Shown here one piece after another: positions 1 through 11,889 of a stretch of 64,000 nucleotides of DNA; position 1 is the first letter of the stretch, and each line of letters starts with the position of its first letter. The notes beneath the pieces were generated by a model, which worked only from the letters and a program-made list of their open reading frames with translations, made no database searches and was not told where the DNA came from. The position numbers and the translations under genes were made by a program. Source of the DNA: an uncultured Nitrososphaerota archaeon (GTDB lineage Archaea; Thermoproteota; Nitrososphaeria; Conexivisphaerales; DTJL01); contig CAWJIE010000002.1 of the NCBI GenBank assembly GCA_963842885.1, positions 1-64,000 on the forward strand, given 5' to 3'.

Positions 1-574
1 ATGGGACTATCTCTGGTCTTATCGCAGGGCGGAATGCTTTTTTACAGGGACCGCCGCCCACGGCATCGCAGCCGTGTTCCCCGGAGCATTCAATCTATTC
101 GGTGTTCACATTAATAACGACAAATTGGCATTGATTCTAATAAGCGTTGCTGTGACATTAGTTCTATTTTGGATTTATGAAAAGACCGCCTTTGGACGTA
201 CATTGCGTTCGGTGGCATTTAATCCGGAAACGGCTTCATTGCTCGGCGTGAACGTAAATTTAATACTATTAGCCGCTCTGATAATGGGCTGCACTATTGC
301 CGGTCTGGCAGGAGGTATCCTTGCACCCAGTTACGGTATTAGCCCTCAAATGGGACAAAATGTGCTATGGACAGTCATGTTGATGTGCATGCTGGGAGGC
401 ATGGATAGTTTATTGGGAGCAGTTATAGGAGGATTGGTAATTGGCCAATTACTAAGTTTCGGCCAATATTATATTGGCGACGCCATTCAGATAGTAGTAT
501 TTGCCTTTATTGGTATTTTACTTTATTTTAGACCAAATGGTTTGTTGGGCCGGGGAATCAATATCGGTATTTAA
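1..574 (+). CDS. livH: Branched-chain amino acid ABC permease (LivH-like), 5' partial
   Basis: KTAFGRTLRSVAFNPETASLLGVN and LGGMDSLLGAVIGG motifs; ends FRPNGLLG. Confidence 0.85.
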   Translation, partial: WDYLWSYRRAECFFTGTAAHGIAAVFPGAFNLFGVHINNDKLALILISVAVTLVLFWIYEKTAFGRTLRSVAFNPETASLLGVNVNLILLAALIMGCTIAGLAGGILAPSYGISPQMGQNVLWTVMLMCMLGGMDSLLGAVIGGLVIGQLLSFGQYYIGDAIQIVVFAFIGILLYFRPNGLLGRGINIGI

Positions 575-667
575 AATCGGATAAAGCGATGCTTGTCGGG
601 TTAAACACAAGAAAAATGCAGGATTAAGATAAATTTACAGGAAATATCGTTGTCGAGATTCATTTAA

Positions 668-1700
668 ATGAGTAAACGTATTCTTCGCTATAAAAACTGG
701 CTATTGGCTTTAGTCCTGATTATTATTTGTGCTCTGATACCTCTGTTCACGCAAAATTCTTATTACCTCGACCTGGTAATAATCACCATGGTAAATGCTG
801 TGCTGGGAATAGCCTTTATCATGACGTTAAAAACTGGATTGATGAACTTGGGTATTCAGCCTTCTTCTGGGGTATAGGAGCTTATGCTTCCGCAATTTTG
901 CACCACTAAATATCAATTGTCATTTTGGATCAGCTTGCCGATATCGATCCTGATAACTATCGTGTTTGCTTTATTGATCGGCTTTTTCCTGATTCGAAGT
1001 GGCGGCGGCGGCTTTGGCTTTGTAATGCTTTCCTCCGTTATCGGTATGCTATTTTCGGTAACTGTGGGCGGTATTAAATTTTTAGGCGGTTATAATGGAA
1101 TTGCGAATATACCTCCACCGACTCCTATCAAGCTGCCTTTTTTACCACCTGTAGAATTTGTTTCCAAGATTCCTTATTTATATTTGGCTTTAATTTTACT
1201 GTTGCTGGTGATTATCATCGCGAAATCCTTTTATTTAGGTTGGACAGGCAGAGCCTGGAATGGCTATCGGTTTGAATCCTCGCTTGGCGGAATCGCTAGG
1301 TATCAATCTATTTAGATATAAATTACGGTCCTTTGTTCTAGTCTTCGGTATTGGCAGGTTTGTCGGTTGCTTTTATGCCCAATATGAGGGTGACGTGGTT
1401 CCCGACACTTTCAGCATGTGGTCGATGTTTATATCCAGATTTACGCTATATTGGGTGGATTAGAGTTACGTTATATATTGGGCCCATTGGTCGGCTCATC
1501 GGAATACACGTGTTTATTGGCCGTAGCGGGCAGCGAGCCAAGCCTGGCTCCACTCATAGTTTTGGGCTTCTTTAATTGTTTTAATCATTTTCTTACCACA
1601 AGGAATTTTAGTTACCTCAAAGGTGGCCAATCTTAACGAAGATTTGGCTTTCTAAACTGGGTAATTTGATAAAATCACGATTATCCAGGATATCGAACGG
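668..1700 (+). CDS. livM: Branched-chain amino acid ABC permease (LivM-like), frameshifted; end approximate
   Basis: Fragments 668-877, 884-1315, 1260-1463 and 1418-1636 join into a LivM-type protein (GGYNGIANIP; AIGLNPRLAESLGIN). Confidence 0.8.
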
Positions 1701-1707
1701 AGAACAC

Positions 1708-2468
1708 GTGATACTTCAAGTGACAAATTTAACTAAAAATTTTGGTGGTTTGTGCGCCGTTAACCATTTAAGTTTCGATGTTAATGAAAATGAGATTCTA
1801 GGTATCATCGGCCCGAATGGAGCGGGAAAAAGCACCGTAATGAATTTAATCAGTGGTTTTTACCCACTCTCCCAAGGAAAGATAATTTTTAACGGTCGTG
1901 ATATTACCGGTTTGCCTGACCATCAGATTGCCCGAGCCGGCATAAGTCGTAATTTTCAGGCATCCTCTTTATTTATGGGCCTGCCCGTGATCGAAAATGT
2001 TTTCATGGGTTATCATATGAGATATAAAACCAGCATGTGGAAGAGACTATTACGGTTGCCATCGGACGTAAAGAAGAGAAAGGCTTCAGACAGGAGGGGG
2101 AGAAGCTGCTGGAAAAGATGGGGCTGGGTCATTAAAAACGAGCTGGCGAAGAACTTATCTTATGGATATCAGAGAATCTTGGGAGTTTGTATAGCTTTGA
2201 CCACTAATCCCAAACTTTTACTTTTGGATGAACCGGTAGACCGGCATGAACCAGAGTGAAATAAATAGTATGTCAAACATCATTCGGCAAATACGGGATA
2301 GCGGCTATAACTATTGTGATTATTGAACACAATATGGAGGCGGTAATGAGTTTATGTGACCGCATAATCGTTCTAAACTTCGGGCAAAAAATAGCCGAAG
2401 GATTGCCTGAAGAAATACAACAAAATCAAAGTGTTATCGAGGCATATTTAGGCAATGATCAGGAATAA
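1708..2468 (+). CDS. livG: ABC ATP-binding protein (LivG-like), frameshifted
   Basis: [22 protein letters not shown]; C-terminus IEHNM...VIEAYLG in shifted frames. Confidence 0.85.
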
Positions 2469-2471
2469 ATC

Positions 2472-3181
2472 ATGCTGTTGGAAATAAAAACCTTAAGGTA
2501 CATTATGCCAAGGCAAAAGCGATAGAAGACATTTCTCTGAACGTTAATGAAGGTGAAGTAGTTTCTATGGTAGGGGCTAATGGTGCCGGTAAGACTACAC
2601 TCTTGAGGACAATATCGGGATTGAAAAAGCCCAAACTCGGGAGAGATATGGTTTCAAAGCCGAAGAATAGATGGCATGGCTGCTCATGATATTGTTAAGC
2701 TGGGGATTTCTCAAGTTCCTGCCGAGAGAAGATACTATCGCCCATGACTGTGTTGGATAACTTGAAGATGGGCAGTATCTTCGCACCGCGATAAAAAAAA
2801 TATAACCGGGACATGGAAACTATCTTCGAGCATTTTCCGATTCTAAAAGAAAGACAGAAACAGATGGGAGGCCGGTTGAGCGGAGGAGAACAGCAAATGC
2901 TGGCAGTGGCTCGGGCTCTAATGGCTAGTCCTAAATTGCTTTTAATGGATGAGCCCAGTATAGGTCTGTCTCCGATCCTGGTATCTGAAATAGGGAAAAT
3001 CATCCGTGACATCAATAAAGGCGGCATCAGTATTCTGCTGGTAGAACAAAATTGCCGTCTGGCTCTTATGAACTGGCCCAGTAGAGCTTATGTTTTGGAA
3101 CTGGGGAAAATAGTCCTGAAGGGTGCCGCCGCAGAATTACTCAATGATGACCGGGTAAAAAAATATTATTTAGGCGGTTAA
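2472..3181 (+). CDS. livF: ABC ATP-binding protein (LivF-like), frameshifted
   Basis: GANGAGKT near 2570; LSGGEQQML, LLMDEPS, LLVEQN, YYLGG. Confidence 0.85.
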
Positions 3182-3349
3182 TGTCGTCCACCATCTCCAA
3201 ACGCATCGCATAAGACCGACAGTTCTTAACACATACAATCGGGCATTTTCCCGGTACTGCCGGCCGCATTTATTGCTTTCAATGTCTTCCTTTTCCCGCT
3301 GGCCTTTGTTTCGGCGGACGTCGAGGACGAGAAATAAAAGATATAAACG

Positions 3350-3419
3350 GGCGGCTCGCTTTTAAACCGGTAGTCTCATAAGCCCCTGGTCACCAGTCCG
3401 AATCCAGTCGCCGCCACTA
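3350..3419 (+). pseudogene. Degenerate tRNA-Met/Ile2 (CAT) remnant
   Basis: Acceptor stem GGCGGC...GCCGCC-A-CTA, anticodon loop CTCATAA, T-loop-like TCCGAATCC; D arm destroyed. Confidence 0.55.
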
Positions 3420-3521
3420 TTTTATGACAAACTCTAGTACATTTCAAAAGAAATTCCGGCTATTCGCCGTCGATTTTTTTATATGTTAGCTTTTACGTCG
3501 ATGGCTGAGAAAGATTGCAGG

Positions 3522-3926
3522 CTATTTTGCTATTGGCCCACAATGAAGACAGTAACCTCGGTGAACACAGATAACGCCACCGCATTTTATGCAATGCCAC
3601 CGCTCCTTCTCATTTTCAATAAAGGCACTTAAACCGATTCCTTTAATACTCTCAAGGTTTTCTATCATGCTCATTGCGTATTTCGTTCTGTATCGTTTAT
3701 CCAATTGCTTTAATCGTTTACAAGGATATTTTTCGCATTCAAAACAGAATTTAGATTGGCTTAGCTTGATCATTTCACAGTTTCTAATAATGCATTTTAT
3801 GCAGGAAGCCGATTTATTGGTATCTTCTCCATGACAGCCGGGGCATTTCCTTTCTTTTCTAAGATGGGCAAGGCAAATACCACAATTCATACCACATGGA
3901 GCTATAAGTTGAGTTCCTATCGGCAT
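3522..3926 (-). CDS. DUF3795-family Cys-rich protein
   Basis: APCGMNCGIC...CPGC...C..C.IRNC...CFECEKYPC pattern. Confidence 0.8.
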   Translation of the reverse strand: MPIGTQLIAPCGMNCGICLAHLRKERKCPGCHGEDTNKSASCIKCIIRNCEMIKLSQSKFCFECEKYPCKRLKQLDKRYRTKYAMSMIENLESIKGIGLSAFIENEKERWHCIKCGGVICVHRGYCLHCGPIAK

Positions 3927-4609
3927 GTATCACACTCCTTTTGATGCATATATTGATTAATCTTAAATGGAAATACGGACACCAAAGACCGGTTACTCTG
4001 CAGGCCTATAGTATTTAGCGGTATCGACCATCGCTTTCACATTTTCCCAGTCTAATATAATAACGTAAATAATACGTAATTAATAGCACGTTGACCTTGC
4101 CCCATTAATTTGGCGCGGCTATAAGAGTTTACCGGTGATTCAGGGATTAGTCGGGCGTCACGGAGGGAAAATAAAGGCATACAAAAGGACTGAGGGTAGT
4201 CTATCGTAGAATATTATGACGAGGAGAATGATTATTCTGAAAAAACTTTAATATACATCTTTAAAAATAAAGGAATATAGACAATAGCAGCCAAGGCTAA
4301 TGTGCGGAGCTGTCTAGCTACTTAACTTTATTTAACCAAATAATACGTCTCTATCATGAAAGTTATAAAGCGAGAAATAGAAATTCAAAAATAGATGCAA
4401 TATTAAGTCCAGTTAATATTTCTTTTCCCCAGCTATTATATTGTAATCCACCGGCCGCTCTTTGTCTACTCCAACATTCCAAAATATTTTAGCACCTGAA
4501 AATGAATATTGTATTAAGATAAGGATTGAAGCTATAATTCACCATTTCTTCATGTTAAATTAATATGGGTTGTTTAATATGGAAAGTAAAAGAAGGAAAG
4601 GAGGGACTA

Positions 4610-5080
4610 TTGAAAAGAAGGACTAAGATTCTACTCATTGTCCTGGGATCAGTTGCCGTACTGTCCCTGATAGTGGGCGGTGTCATGGTGCTCGCGGATA
4701 GCGGGTCGACGACTACAACTACTCCATCGACGACTACCGGCACCAGCCCTAACGATGCTTTCCTGACAGCGCTGGCTGCCAAACTGAATATTCCGGTAGA
4801 CACGCTTAAAACCGCCATTAAGGATGCACAAACTGAAGTGCAAGGGCAGGCACTGAAAGACCGCCTGCAAAAGCTGGTGGACGCGGGCAAGATGACCCAG
4901 GATCAGATGGACCAGTACTTGCAGTGGTGGAACTCGAAACCTGCTTTCTCAAATAACATAAGTCCTAATTGGTTTGGCGGCGGTAGACCGGGCTTCGGAA
5001 TGATGGGAGGGCGGGGACATGTCGGCGGTGGTTTTCGTTTGCCCAAAACTACGACTACAACGACGAGCCCGGGTACCTAA
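4610..5080 (+). CDS. Hypothetical exported protein
   Basis: GGAGG-like RBS before TTG 4610; signal peptide, Thr-rich linkers, Gly-rich tail. Confidence 0.7.
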   Translation: MKRRTKILLIVLGSVAVLSLIVGGVMVLADSGSTTTTTPSTTTGTSPNDAFLTALAAKLNIPVDTLKTAIKDAQTEVQGQALKDRLQKLVDAGKMTQDQMDQYLQWWNSKPAFSNNISPNWFGGGRPGFGMMGGRGHVGGGFRLPKTTTTTTSPGT

Positions 5081-5099
5081 TACACACGCCCAGTAACAT

Positions 5100-5133
5100 A
5101 AAGGGTAGGACATGAAATGCCGTCCTACCCTTT
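5100..5133. terminator. Bidirectional intrinsic terminator
   Basis: AAAGGGTAGGAC...GTCCTACCCTTT hairpin between convergent genes. Confidence 0.75.
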
Positions 5134-5204
5134 ACTGTTTATGTACCCCATCATCCTCATCCACACTCGGATAACCCCGCAAAGAGGATTTCTGTTTGTT
5201 CTAT

Positions 5205-6038
5205 TTACAGATGTGTCGCCAGCCAGTATTCCATATCGACAAATACGGTTTCGCTGCCAGGCTCGTTGAATATCTCGTGGTAGAAACCATCATAATATTT
5301 TAAAGTCTTATCTTTAGAACTAATGCTATCGAAAAGTACCTTGCTGCTCTTGGGATCAGATAAGTAATCTTCAGTACCGCTCATTATCAATATTGGTATG
5401 CGAATATCATTCGTATGGCTCTGAAAGTTATGCATGGCATCTAAAAGCTCGATGCCAAGCCTGGCCGTGATCTTGCCGCGATACACGAGGGGGTCGTGAA
5501 GATAAGCGTCAACCACGTTTTTATCGCGGCTGATAGCCGAAGCATCTAACCTATCGATACCTAACCACGGTGCACAAACAGAGAGTATCCGTCCTAAAAA
5601 TACCTCGGCTTTGGGAGCACTGGTTCCAGGCTGGAAGGTAGCACCGGAGATGATTAAACCATCGAATTCTTTCTGATGCTGCAATGCGTATTCGGTAACG
5701 ATAAGACCCCCGATACTGTGCCCCGCCAGGAATACTTTACGCAAAGGATTCTCGCGGCGCACCAGATCGAAAAACGTCTTTAAATCATCCAGGTAAAAGG
5801 AAAATTTTTCGACATAACCCGGTTTGCCAGCCGATTGCCCGTGTCCTCTTTGATCGAACGTATAGAAGGAATATCCTCGCGGTACGAAATAATTCATCAG
5901 GTTGATATATCTTCCACTATGTTCGAATAGACCATGAACGAGAAGAAGTACGGCAGCTGTTTTACCGTCAGGCTCGTAAGCACGATAAAATAGCTCCATA
6001 TTCTTTTGTCCGGTAAAGGTACCCGATTTAAATTTCAT
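5205..6038 (-). CDS. Lysophospholipase / alpha-beta hydrolase
   Basis: VHGLFEHSGRY, DQRGHG, GHSIGG, GFYHEIFNE. Confidence 0.9.
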   Translation of the reverse strand: MKFKSGTFTGQKNMELFYRAYEPDGKTAAVLLLVHGLFEHSGRYINLMNYFVPRGYSFYTFDQRGHGQSAGKPGYVEKFSFYLDDLKTFFDLVRRENPLRKVFLAGHSIGGLIVTEYALQHQKEFDGLIISGATFQPGTSAPKAEVFLGRILSVCAPWLGIDRLDASAISRDKNVVDAYLHDPLVYRGKITARLGIELLDAMHNFQSHTNDIRIPILIMSGTEDYLSDPKSSKVLFDSISSKDKTLKYYDGFYHEIFNEPGSETVFVDMEYWLATHL

Positions 6039-6228
6039 CTATAATAGCTTGAAAGCGGATATATCAATCTCACCCTATTATAGCAACGTATCAATTATCA
6101 GGACAATAGGATTAAGCATATCGGCTTCCCGCGATATTCCAGAAATTCATATCGATCAGGTTATCCGATATCGATTTTGACAATTGCAGTAATTATAACT
6201 AGTACCAAGTAACACTTATTATTTGTTG

Positions 6229-6252
6229 GTGGCACAGGCGTCCCTGCCTGTG
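6229..6252 (+). repeat. REP-like palindrome (single copy)
   Basis: GTGG-CACAGGC-N6-GCCTGTG, GC-rich in an AT-rich spacer. Confidence 0.35.
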
Positions 6253-6710
6253 AGCCAAGCGAAATAATTCAAGTTACAAGCTACTAGACGGCAATACGAG
6301 AACCACTATTCTAAGATATAATATGTGGCATATGATATATTAGTTGGAAGGAAACAACGATAATTGTGTTCTGCAGCAGCTATGAAAGCTTTAGTTTACA
6401 TAGCCGAACCCAACATTGAAAACTCTAATAACGCACTGTCTGCCGCTATCGGAAGCTATCAGGGGCTACGAGATCGTTGCAAAGAAATTGGACAAAATTA
6501 TTAAAAAGGTGTTCAGGTGTTAGCCGGATAAAGCCGCCGGTAGACTAGCGGACTAATATTTACTGTTTGCATTTTATTGATACGAGTGGCAGAATAGATA
6601 AAAATCAGAAGGATAATATTATTAATAAATAATTAATATTATTAGCCGATAATATTAATTACAGTAATGAAATCACCTATCTTAATAACTATAGTCGTCA
6701 ACGTGGGAGT

Positions 6711-8134
6711 TTGCTTGTGAATAATTCACCCGAAAATAAGCCGTGGGTTATCTGTCCTTATTGCCATAAACCCAATCCGGTGGGAAGGGAATTCTGCCAG
6801 TATTGCTGGTCGCCTAAAATACAATCGGAAAAGGCACTGACCAACTTAGAAATGGAAGAGGCGGTCAAACAGTGGAAAGCTCAGGTGAAACGCAAACGTA
6901 ATAAAAATATACTTATAATCAGCACCGTTTCACTGATTGTTGCTGCCATTTTTACTCTTTTTATTTTGTATACCAGGACCGATGTTTTTTTCAAGCCTAT
7001 TATTTCGCTTAATTCCAACTCTACAGCTAGCGATTGGACAATGTTCCGTCAAAACCAGCAGCGTACCGGGGTTTCAGGTCAGGTAGAACAGCTACCCGTG
7101 GGTAAGGTACTCTGGACGTTCGCCGCCAGTGCGGGTATACATTCTTCACCGGCAGTAGTCGATGGGACAGTTTATGTCGGTTCCCGGGATTATAAACTCT
7201 ATGCGATAGATGCCGCTACCGGTAAAGAGAAATGGGCATTTAAAACCGGGAGCTGGGTAGAATCTTCACCGGCGGTAGCGAATGGGGTCGTTTATTTCGG
7301 CTCTAATGACGGCTATTTCTATGCCGTCAAACGCAGAAACTGGCACCAAAATTTGGTCTTTTAAAACAAAATATGCCGTTAAAAGTTCTCCGGCAGTCTC
7401 CGGGGGTGTGGTTTATTTCGGTGCCGACGACGGTTATTTATATGCGTGAAAAGTCAGTGACGGTAAGCGAATTTGGCACTATAAGATAAGAGGTCTGGTA
7501 CAAGGGTCTCCCAGTGGTGGCCAACGGTATAGTTTATGTTTGTGCCGGAGATGCGCTGTATACGCTGGATGCTTCCTCGGGTAGGTTCCGGATGCATTTC
7601 GAGACTTATTATTCTACCGATTCATCTCCGGCAGTTAACGGCACGACTGTTTATTTTGGAAACTCGGGAGGTAGTTTGTATGCCGTTGACGGCAACGCAC
7701 GCAGCTGGCCTTGGGAATTTGATATAAGAAAATGGTGGATAAACTTTTGGCTTATGGGGATCTTGCCTGAACCACCTCCACAATCAGGATCGCTATGGGG
7801 TGTTAGTCTGGGCACGGGAATGCATACGTCGCCTGCTATTTCGAATGATACGGTTTATATCGGGGTTGATAATAACCTTATCGCCGTCGATACTCAGAGT
7901 CATAAGACTTTATGGATGTTTACAACGGGCAAATTATTTGAATCTTCACCGGTTGTAGCTGCCGGTACCATTTTCTTCGGTAATGATGATGGGAATATAT
8001 ATGCTATTGACACAGCCAGCGGACAGCAAATATGGAAATTAGAAACCGGCGGCACTGTAGAATCTTCTCCCGCCCTGGTGAATGGCATCCTTTATATCGG
8101 TTCGGAAGATGGTAAGTTATACGCTATTAAATAA
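6711..8134 (+). CDS. Zn-ribbon + TM + PQQ-type beta-propeller repeat protein, frameshifted
   Basis: CPYC/CQYC, a TM helix, repeated SSPAVxxGxVYxGSxDxxLYA units. Confidence 0.85.
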
Positions 8135-8145
8135 CCGGCTCTTAA

Positions 8146-9025
8146 TTACTCTTTTTGTTTTTCCAAATAACTTACGATTAACGCTGCGGGTCCCATATGG
8201 ACACCGAGCATCGGACCTACTCGGGACACGATTATTTTACTCCTGTTAATAATTTTAGCCGAGGCTATCTTATCGGCCAAAATTACTGCATCTTCCGGTG
8301 TCGTGTTGTATACTACGGTGAGTTCACTAACGTTACCATCGCCTTTGGCAATCTCCACCAGGCGGTCAATCCCTTTACTGCGGCTGCGTACCTGCCCCGC
8401 CGGAACGACTTCACCATCCTTTAGCGAAAGCACCGGTTTAACATTTAAAAGAGAACCTAGTAATGCTTTGGCCTTACCGATACGGCCACCCAGCAGTACG
8501 TATTTAAGGGTGTCGAGTACACCCGTAAGATGTACGGAGGACACTAATTTATTTACTTCCGTAACAATATCATTAAGATTCGTGCCTTCTTTGGCCATTT
8601 TTGCCGCCGAGATTACGATTAGACCCAGTGCCATGCTGAGTACCTGCGAATCGATAACTTCAATGGAGCAATCTTTTATACCTATTTTAGCCTGTAATGC
8701 CGAGTTATAAGTACCGCTTAACTTACTGGAAATATGTATGGATACGATGCCCGTACATTCTTTTGATAATTTCTGGTATACTTCGGCAAAATCTTGAGGG
8801 CTGGGCTGAATAGTACTGGGATGAATAGTGCCAGTGGATAAACGTTGATAAAACTCGTCACCGGTAATATTAGGAGTTTTTGTATCTTTCATTACGTGAT
8901 CTGTACCATCCCTATATACTTGTTCCCCGAACCGTACATATAGAGGTACAACGGAAATATCGAGGTCCTTTATCATGGGGCCGGTAAGTCGGCACTACTA
9001 TCGGTGACAATTTTTCAACCGCCAT
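8146..9025 (-). CDS. DegV family fatty-acid-binding protein (5' frameshift)
   Basis: IVTDSSADL start region, TIQPSP, ISSKLSGTYNSA, GVHMGP. Confidence 0.9.
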
Positions 9026-9231
9026 TATTTATTCCCTCCTCATGATTTCTATGCTGGCCGTATTCCCTAAACAGAATGACTTAATTATAAACTATAATTT
9101 ATTCATTTTGTCAATTATTATTATATAGACACAAATATAGCGACGATGCTATACTGCGTTTTAGAAAATTTATTTAGCTATGATCATTGATTCAAGAAAC
9201 CAGAACAAACAAAAGGAAATTATAAACCAAA

Positions 9232-9740
9232 ATGTCCGTCCTTTCCGCAGAGATATCAAACGGCTAATTACACAACAGCCGCCTTTGCTTGAAGGATACT
9301 GCAATATCGAGGAGCAGTTACAGCCGAACGGGTTCGATATCACTTTAAAAGAAATAGCAACGTTACAAACTCCGGGTAGAATCGAAATCGATAACAGCCG
9401 CCGTGTTATATCGAGCCTGAAGTGGATCGATTTTGACAATGCCGGATGCGTTACTCTTTTACCCGGATGTTATATCGTTACTTTTAATGAAATCGTCCAC
9501 TTACCGAAAAATATCATGGCATTGGGTAAAACAAGGTCGAGTTTATTACTGCTGTGGCGTGGCGGTACATAACGCAGTTTGGGACGCAGGGTACAATGGA
9601 CGTTCAGGCCTTAATAGATGATTGTTATAACTCATATGGTTTTCGGTCACAGCATAACGCTCGTGTGCTACAGTTGATTTTCTTAAACCTTTCCTCGGGA
9701 GACCGAGGTCAAAGGGATATATCAGGGGAAGAATGTTTAG
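9232..9740 (+). CDS. dut: dUTPase / dCTP deaminase family, frameshifted
   Basis: QLQPNGFDITL, TFNEIVHLP, RSSLL, VWDAGYNGRS. Confidence 0.75.
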
Positions 9741-9757
9741 TTGAGAGCGGTATTACG

Positions 9758-10658
9758 TTAGACGATTAAACGTAAAGCGGCAGGAACCACACTGAATCTG
9801 CGGGTCCTTCTCCTAAAAATTCGCCATCAGCGTAAACGAGAGCCCGTTCGGATGATTCGACAGAGATATCGGTTGTCTTATCCAACTTGATTTTGGGCAG
9901 GTGGATATGTGTGCCTTTATATACTCTGGAAACGTTTTAATAAATTCCAATTTACCCATATCTCCGACAATAACGTATCTAATAATCCGTCATCCAGTTT
10001 AGCAAAAGGCGCAAAATTCATACCGCCTCCGGCGTAACCGCCGTTGGCAACGATTACACTGACGACACGCTGTTTGTCAATGTTACCGCCGCTCCTTATT
10101 ATTACATGCTTGTTTTATAACTTAGCAGGGTCCGTACCAATCCCATTAGATAGGGATGTGCCGCCAAAATATTCGGTATTTTTCCCGTATTCTCCACTAC
10201 CGCCGCATCAAGCCCTATTCCGGCCGTATTAAGGAAGAACCGTGTAATTTCTGGCCTTTTTTATGAAGTATTCGATTATGCCTACGTCTATCGATAACCG
10301 GCCGGGGCTGGATAGGCGTCGAACAGGCTTTCACGTAGTCCCCGGAATACCGGCGGAACGAATAAAATCGCCGCCCGTACCGGTACTGATTATACCTAGT
10401 ACCGCATCTTTGGAATTTTGTGAATTTAAATACCGTTGGCAACCTCATTCACCGTACCGTCGCCGCCTACCGCAACGATGCGGCTCGTACCCTCTGCGGC
10501 GCTTCTTTCGCCAGCTCTATGGCATGACCCGAACCTTGGGTATATTGATAGTCAAAATGAAGACCAAGGTGTTTTAACAAGTCCAGGATAACCGCCCATT
10601 TCCGGCGAGAGGAATTAGCACCGGCGGCAGGATTAACAATGAATTTGGTACTAAGCAT
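9758..10658 (-). CDS. Diacylglycerol kinase family (YegS-like), heavily frameshifted
   Basis: FIVNPAAG; GGDGTVNEV near 10450; IVANGGYAGGG near 10040; C-terminus VVPAALRLIV. Confidence 0.8.
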
Positions 10659-10710
10659 TAAATAATTATCCTCTAAGTTAATTATAACACATCCCGGTTA
10701 TGTAAATAAG

Positions 10711-11196
10711 TTAGTCTAGATAGCTGATCGTAGAATGAGGGACGGTCTACATATATCTACGTGATATTCGTCTTCACGGAATAGAGCTTAAAAACTCATC
10801 ATCATTGTATTTACGATAGCTGACGAATCGTTTGATACGTGAGTTTACCAGCATCTTAGCACATAATACACATGGAGTGTGGGTACAATATATCGTACTG
10901 CCCTCCAAGACTGACTCCGTGCAGACCGGCTTGAATTATGACGTTCTGTTCCGCATGGATGGCCCGGCATATTTCCTGACGGGTACCGGAAGGGATTCCT
11001 AGTTCATCTCTCAAACAGCCTAGTTCGAGACAATCTTTCAGACTCGCTGCGGCACCGTTATATCCGGTAGCCGAATATGTTTATCTCTAACCGCCACCGC
11101 ACCCATGTGATGCCTGCGGCAGGTAGAACGTTCCGCAACTACCGTGGCCAGCTTTAAAAAATACTCATCCAGATTCGGTCTGATATAATCATTCAT
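10711..11196 (-). CDS. dCMP deaminase (ComEB-like), frameshifted
   Basis: [27 protein letters not shown]; IHAEQNVI; PCVLCAKML. Confidence 0.85.
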
Positions 11197-11735
11197 CTTA
11201 AGAATTTTATAACCTTTCGAGTTTCTTTTCTGTAGACTCTTAAGTGATGATTCATTAAGCAATGTGAAATCCAGCCATAGCTATAGGACCGCCTTTGTTT
11301 ATATTTTCAATTTCCGCTTTATCTCTTGCCGAGGCTTCTTCACGCGTTAACGGACGGATTTCCTCGTCGCCAGGGCGGGTATCCTGGTTTCCGGTGAAGC
11401 CCAAACGGCAACCAGCTTAAGGCATCACCGTAAATTGATTTCAAAATCAGAATTCTTCCCAGGAATAAAGACCATCGAGCACAACATTGGAATTTTTCAA
11501 AGCGGCGTTTATTTTAGGCATATTTAATTTGGCATAGGCTGACATGCCATGATTTTTTACGAGCGATTCTCTGACCATGACGTTCATTTTCTTCATTAAG
11601 GACGAGCCCACGTCTAGCTATTTCTTCATCGGTGATATCACCGAATCTGATACGAAGATAACCGTTTTTTTCGAATTCATGGGTGACTTCTGATTTTCCT
11701 GAACCGGGCATACCGACTACTGCTACTATATTCAT
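11193..11735 (-). CDS. P-loop kinase (dephospho-CoA kinase-like), frameshifted
   Basis: MNIVAVVGMPGSGKS...RIRFGDIT. Confidence 0.65.
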
Positions 11736-11889
11736 AAACTATATTAATTTAGTAAGTATATCTGAGAATGGCAAAATATAAGCATTTATGATTCTCCGAT
11801 ACGGATGATATTTCTAACACCATATGAATCACATTGAACATTGATTGTTTAGCCAATATGTTTAATTTTGATTGTAGTTAAATATAAAA

